64,000 nucleotides of DNA from Antechinus flavipes (lineage: Eukaryota), in the NCBI RefSeq assembly GCF_016432865.1, contig NC_067404.1, forward strand, positions 42,966,001-43,030,000, read 5' to 3'. Numbering within the stretch: position 1 is the stretch's first letter; every line of letters begins with the position of its first letter. Position numbers and translations under genes: made by a program. Under the pieces are notes generated by a model, which saw only the letters and a program-made list of their open reading frames with translations, was not told where the DNA came from and did not search any database. This document shows, in pieces, positions 62,032-64,000 of the stretch.

Positions 62032-62194
62032 GTGCTATCTGGAGGGGGTTCCTTTTGAGTATGGTGTGGACCAGATGAAGTCCCTTTGAACTCTCAGATC
62101 ATGTGACTCCATGCACACTGCTCTAGGAAAGGGAAGTGGGGACTTGACAAGAATTCCCATGTTAAGGCTTTAATTTCCCCATTAAACTACCTAT

Positions 62195-62430
62195 CGAGGC
62201 AGCTAGATGGCGCAGTAGATAAAGCACTCATCCTAGAAAGAGAAATAGCTGGGTTTTTGCAGCTTCTCCAGACCCATCCCAACCAGCTCTGTGACTGTGA
62301 GCAAAGTGCTTAGCTTTTCTCAGCCTCAGTTTTCTCATCTGTAAAATGAGTACTTCCTCTTGGGATCGGGAGGATCACATGTGATGTTGTAAAGCTCTTT
62401 GCAAACCTTAAAGCTAACATAAAGGTTAGT
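62195..62430 (+). mobile_element. MIR/CORE SINE
   Basis: gaggcagctagatggcgcagtagataaagcac...cagcctcagttttctcatctgtaaaatgag...aagctctttgcaaaccttaaag. Confidence 0.75.
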
Positions 62431-62689
62431 TCTGAGGATCGCCAGTTCTTTTACACTCACCAAGGAAAGCTGGTGTTTGCAGTTAAGTCCTAAATGGCAA
62501 ACACATCCTTCTAGAGCTTGTTAACAGGGGTACAGAGCCACACAGGCCAGACGTTACGGAAAGCACTGCAGCAGCTCCGCTTCAGTTGGATGGGCCCCAA
62601 CAGGGTAATTAGGAGCTCAGCAAGCACACCTCTGTTTCCCTCTGCCTAGACTCTCTGGGTGGTTGTAGTTTTTTTCTTCTTCCTTTGCC

Positions 62690-63340
62690 GGGTGCTTCTT
62701 GTTCTTTCTCTCTCTTCCTTGTCTGTCTCTGTCTCTCTGTTCTTTCTGTCTCTGTGTCTCTATCTCTCTGTCTCTGTCTCTCACTTCCTCTCTCTCCCTC
62801 CTCTTTCTCTAGCCACATGTCTCTCTCTGTCTGTCTTTCTCTCTGTCTCTCCCTCTCTTTCTCTCTCTCCCTCCCTCCCTTCCCTTTCTCTATCCTCATG
62901 TATCTCTCTGTATCTATCACTTTCTCTGTCTGTCTATCTCTGTGCCTCTGACTCTTTCTCTGTGTCTCTGTCTCTCTTTCCCTCCTCCCTTCTATCTGTC
63001 TATAATCCCCATCTGTCTCTGTCTCTGTCTCTCTCCCTCCTTTCCTCCCTCCCTCCTCTCTTCCTATCTGTCTCTCTCTCTCTGTGTATTTCTCTCCCTC
63101 CCTCCCTTCTCTCTATCCCCATCTGTCTCTCTTTTTGTTTCTTTGTCTCTGTCTTTCTCTCTGTCTCATCTCTGTCTCTGTCTCTCCCTGCCGTGCTCCG
63201 TCCCTTCTTTCTTTTCTAACCCCATCTGTCTCTAGCTCTGTCTCAGCCTGTCTCTTTTTTTTGGTCTTTGTCTCTCTCTTGTTTCTGGCTCTTTCCCTTC
63301 CTTCTCCTTTTCCTTCTGTCTCTTCCTTCTCTCTTTCTCT
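62690..63340. repeat. CT/TCTG-rich polypyrimidine tract
   Basis: Directly visible. Confidence 0.92.
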
Positions 63341-64000
63341 CCACTGCCTACTTCAAGGAAGACCCACTTGTCCCTCCTCCTCCTTGCCCACTCCTGGCCC
63401 TGACTTTATTCCCTCCTTGGTCTTCTGTGATTCTCAGTTTGATTCTCAGTTCTATTTTCCTCCCCTTGGAGGGGCTCAATGCCAGTAAGTATGGCCCATA
63501 TCCTAAGTTTTTAAGGCACTCAATAAGTATTTATTAACTGATTATGAGCCTACTATGTCCCATGAACTACTCAGATTACATGTATGACCTAGAATAAGAC
63601 ACTTCACCTCCCCATGCCTCAGTTTCTGCTTCTGTAAAATGAGGGGGTTGGACTCTGAGACCCCTTCTAGCTTTAGGTCTGTAAGCCCATGATATACAAA
63701 AAATGAACATACAGCAGTCCATGTACTTAAGGAGCTTGTATTCTGATGGGAGACACACACACATATGTATATTACAGACATGTGTACATGTCTGTATACG
63801 TGCAGACATCTTTAGGGGCAGCAGATTAGTGTCCGAGTGGGGTTCCTCGTAAGTCTTTCCTCTACTCCCAGCCTCACCCCCTGACATCCCTCGGGAAGGT
63901 CTGTGCAGAGATCTGCCTGGTGAGAAGAATTCGACCGTCCCACAAGCTTATTGTTGAGCTGGGAGAAAGCCCTCACATGCTGGAGACCCGGATGCTCCTG

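Noticed and set aside
63871-63918. Possible 48-nt plus-strand exon (SPPDIPREGLCRDLP)
   Set aside because: Plausible splice sites, but too short and at the window edge; no supporting homology.

Overview
Marsupial nuclear DNA, most likely a dasyurid such as Tasmanian devil, dunnart or antechinus. This is inferred from abundant WSINE1-type and MAR1 SINEs, marsupial L1 3' ends and an OC1/OposCharlie1-type hAT MITE. The window is a gapped draft assembly dominated by interspersed repeats (L1, L2, CR1/L3, MIR/MAR1/WSINE1, Tigger and hAT MITEs, one solo LTR) and long simple repeats. I recognise no protein-coding gene; almost all ORFs in the track are repeat or low-complexity artefacts. Non-routine elements: (1) an 8-unit minisatellite at 40130-40449 with one bHLH-ZIP E-box per unit, just upstream of an apparent minus-strand non-coding first exon (donor at 39950), with a candidate CpG-rich second exon at 32201-32304; (2) a ~440-bp-arm inverted duplication at 56002-57274; (3) a mitochondrial 16S NUMT at 6912-7090; (4) three short local direct duplications; (5) a TATA/NF-kB/donor cassette at 58065-58117; (6) nested retrotransposon insertions with readable target-site duplications. 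Repeat family names are from memory of consensus sequences, repeat boundaries are approximate, and identities are judged by eye.
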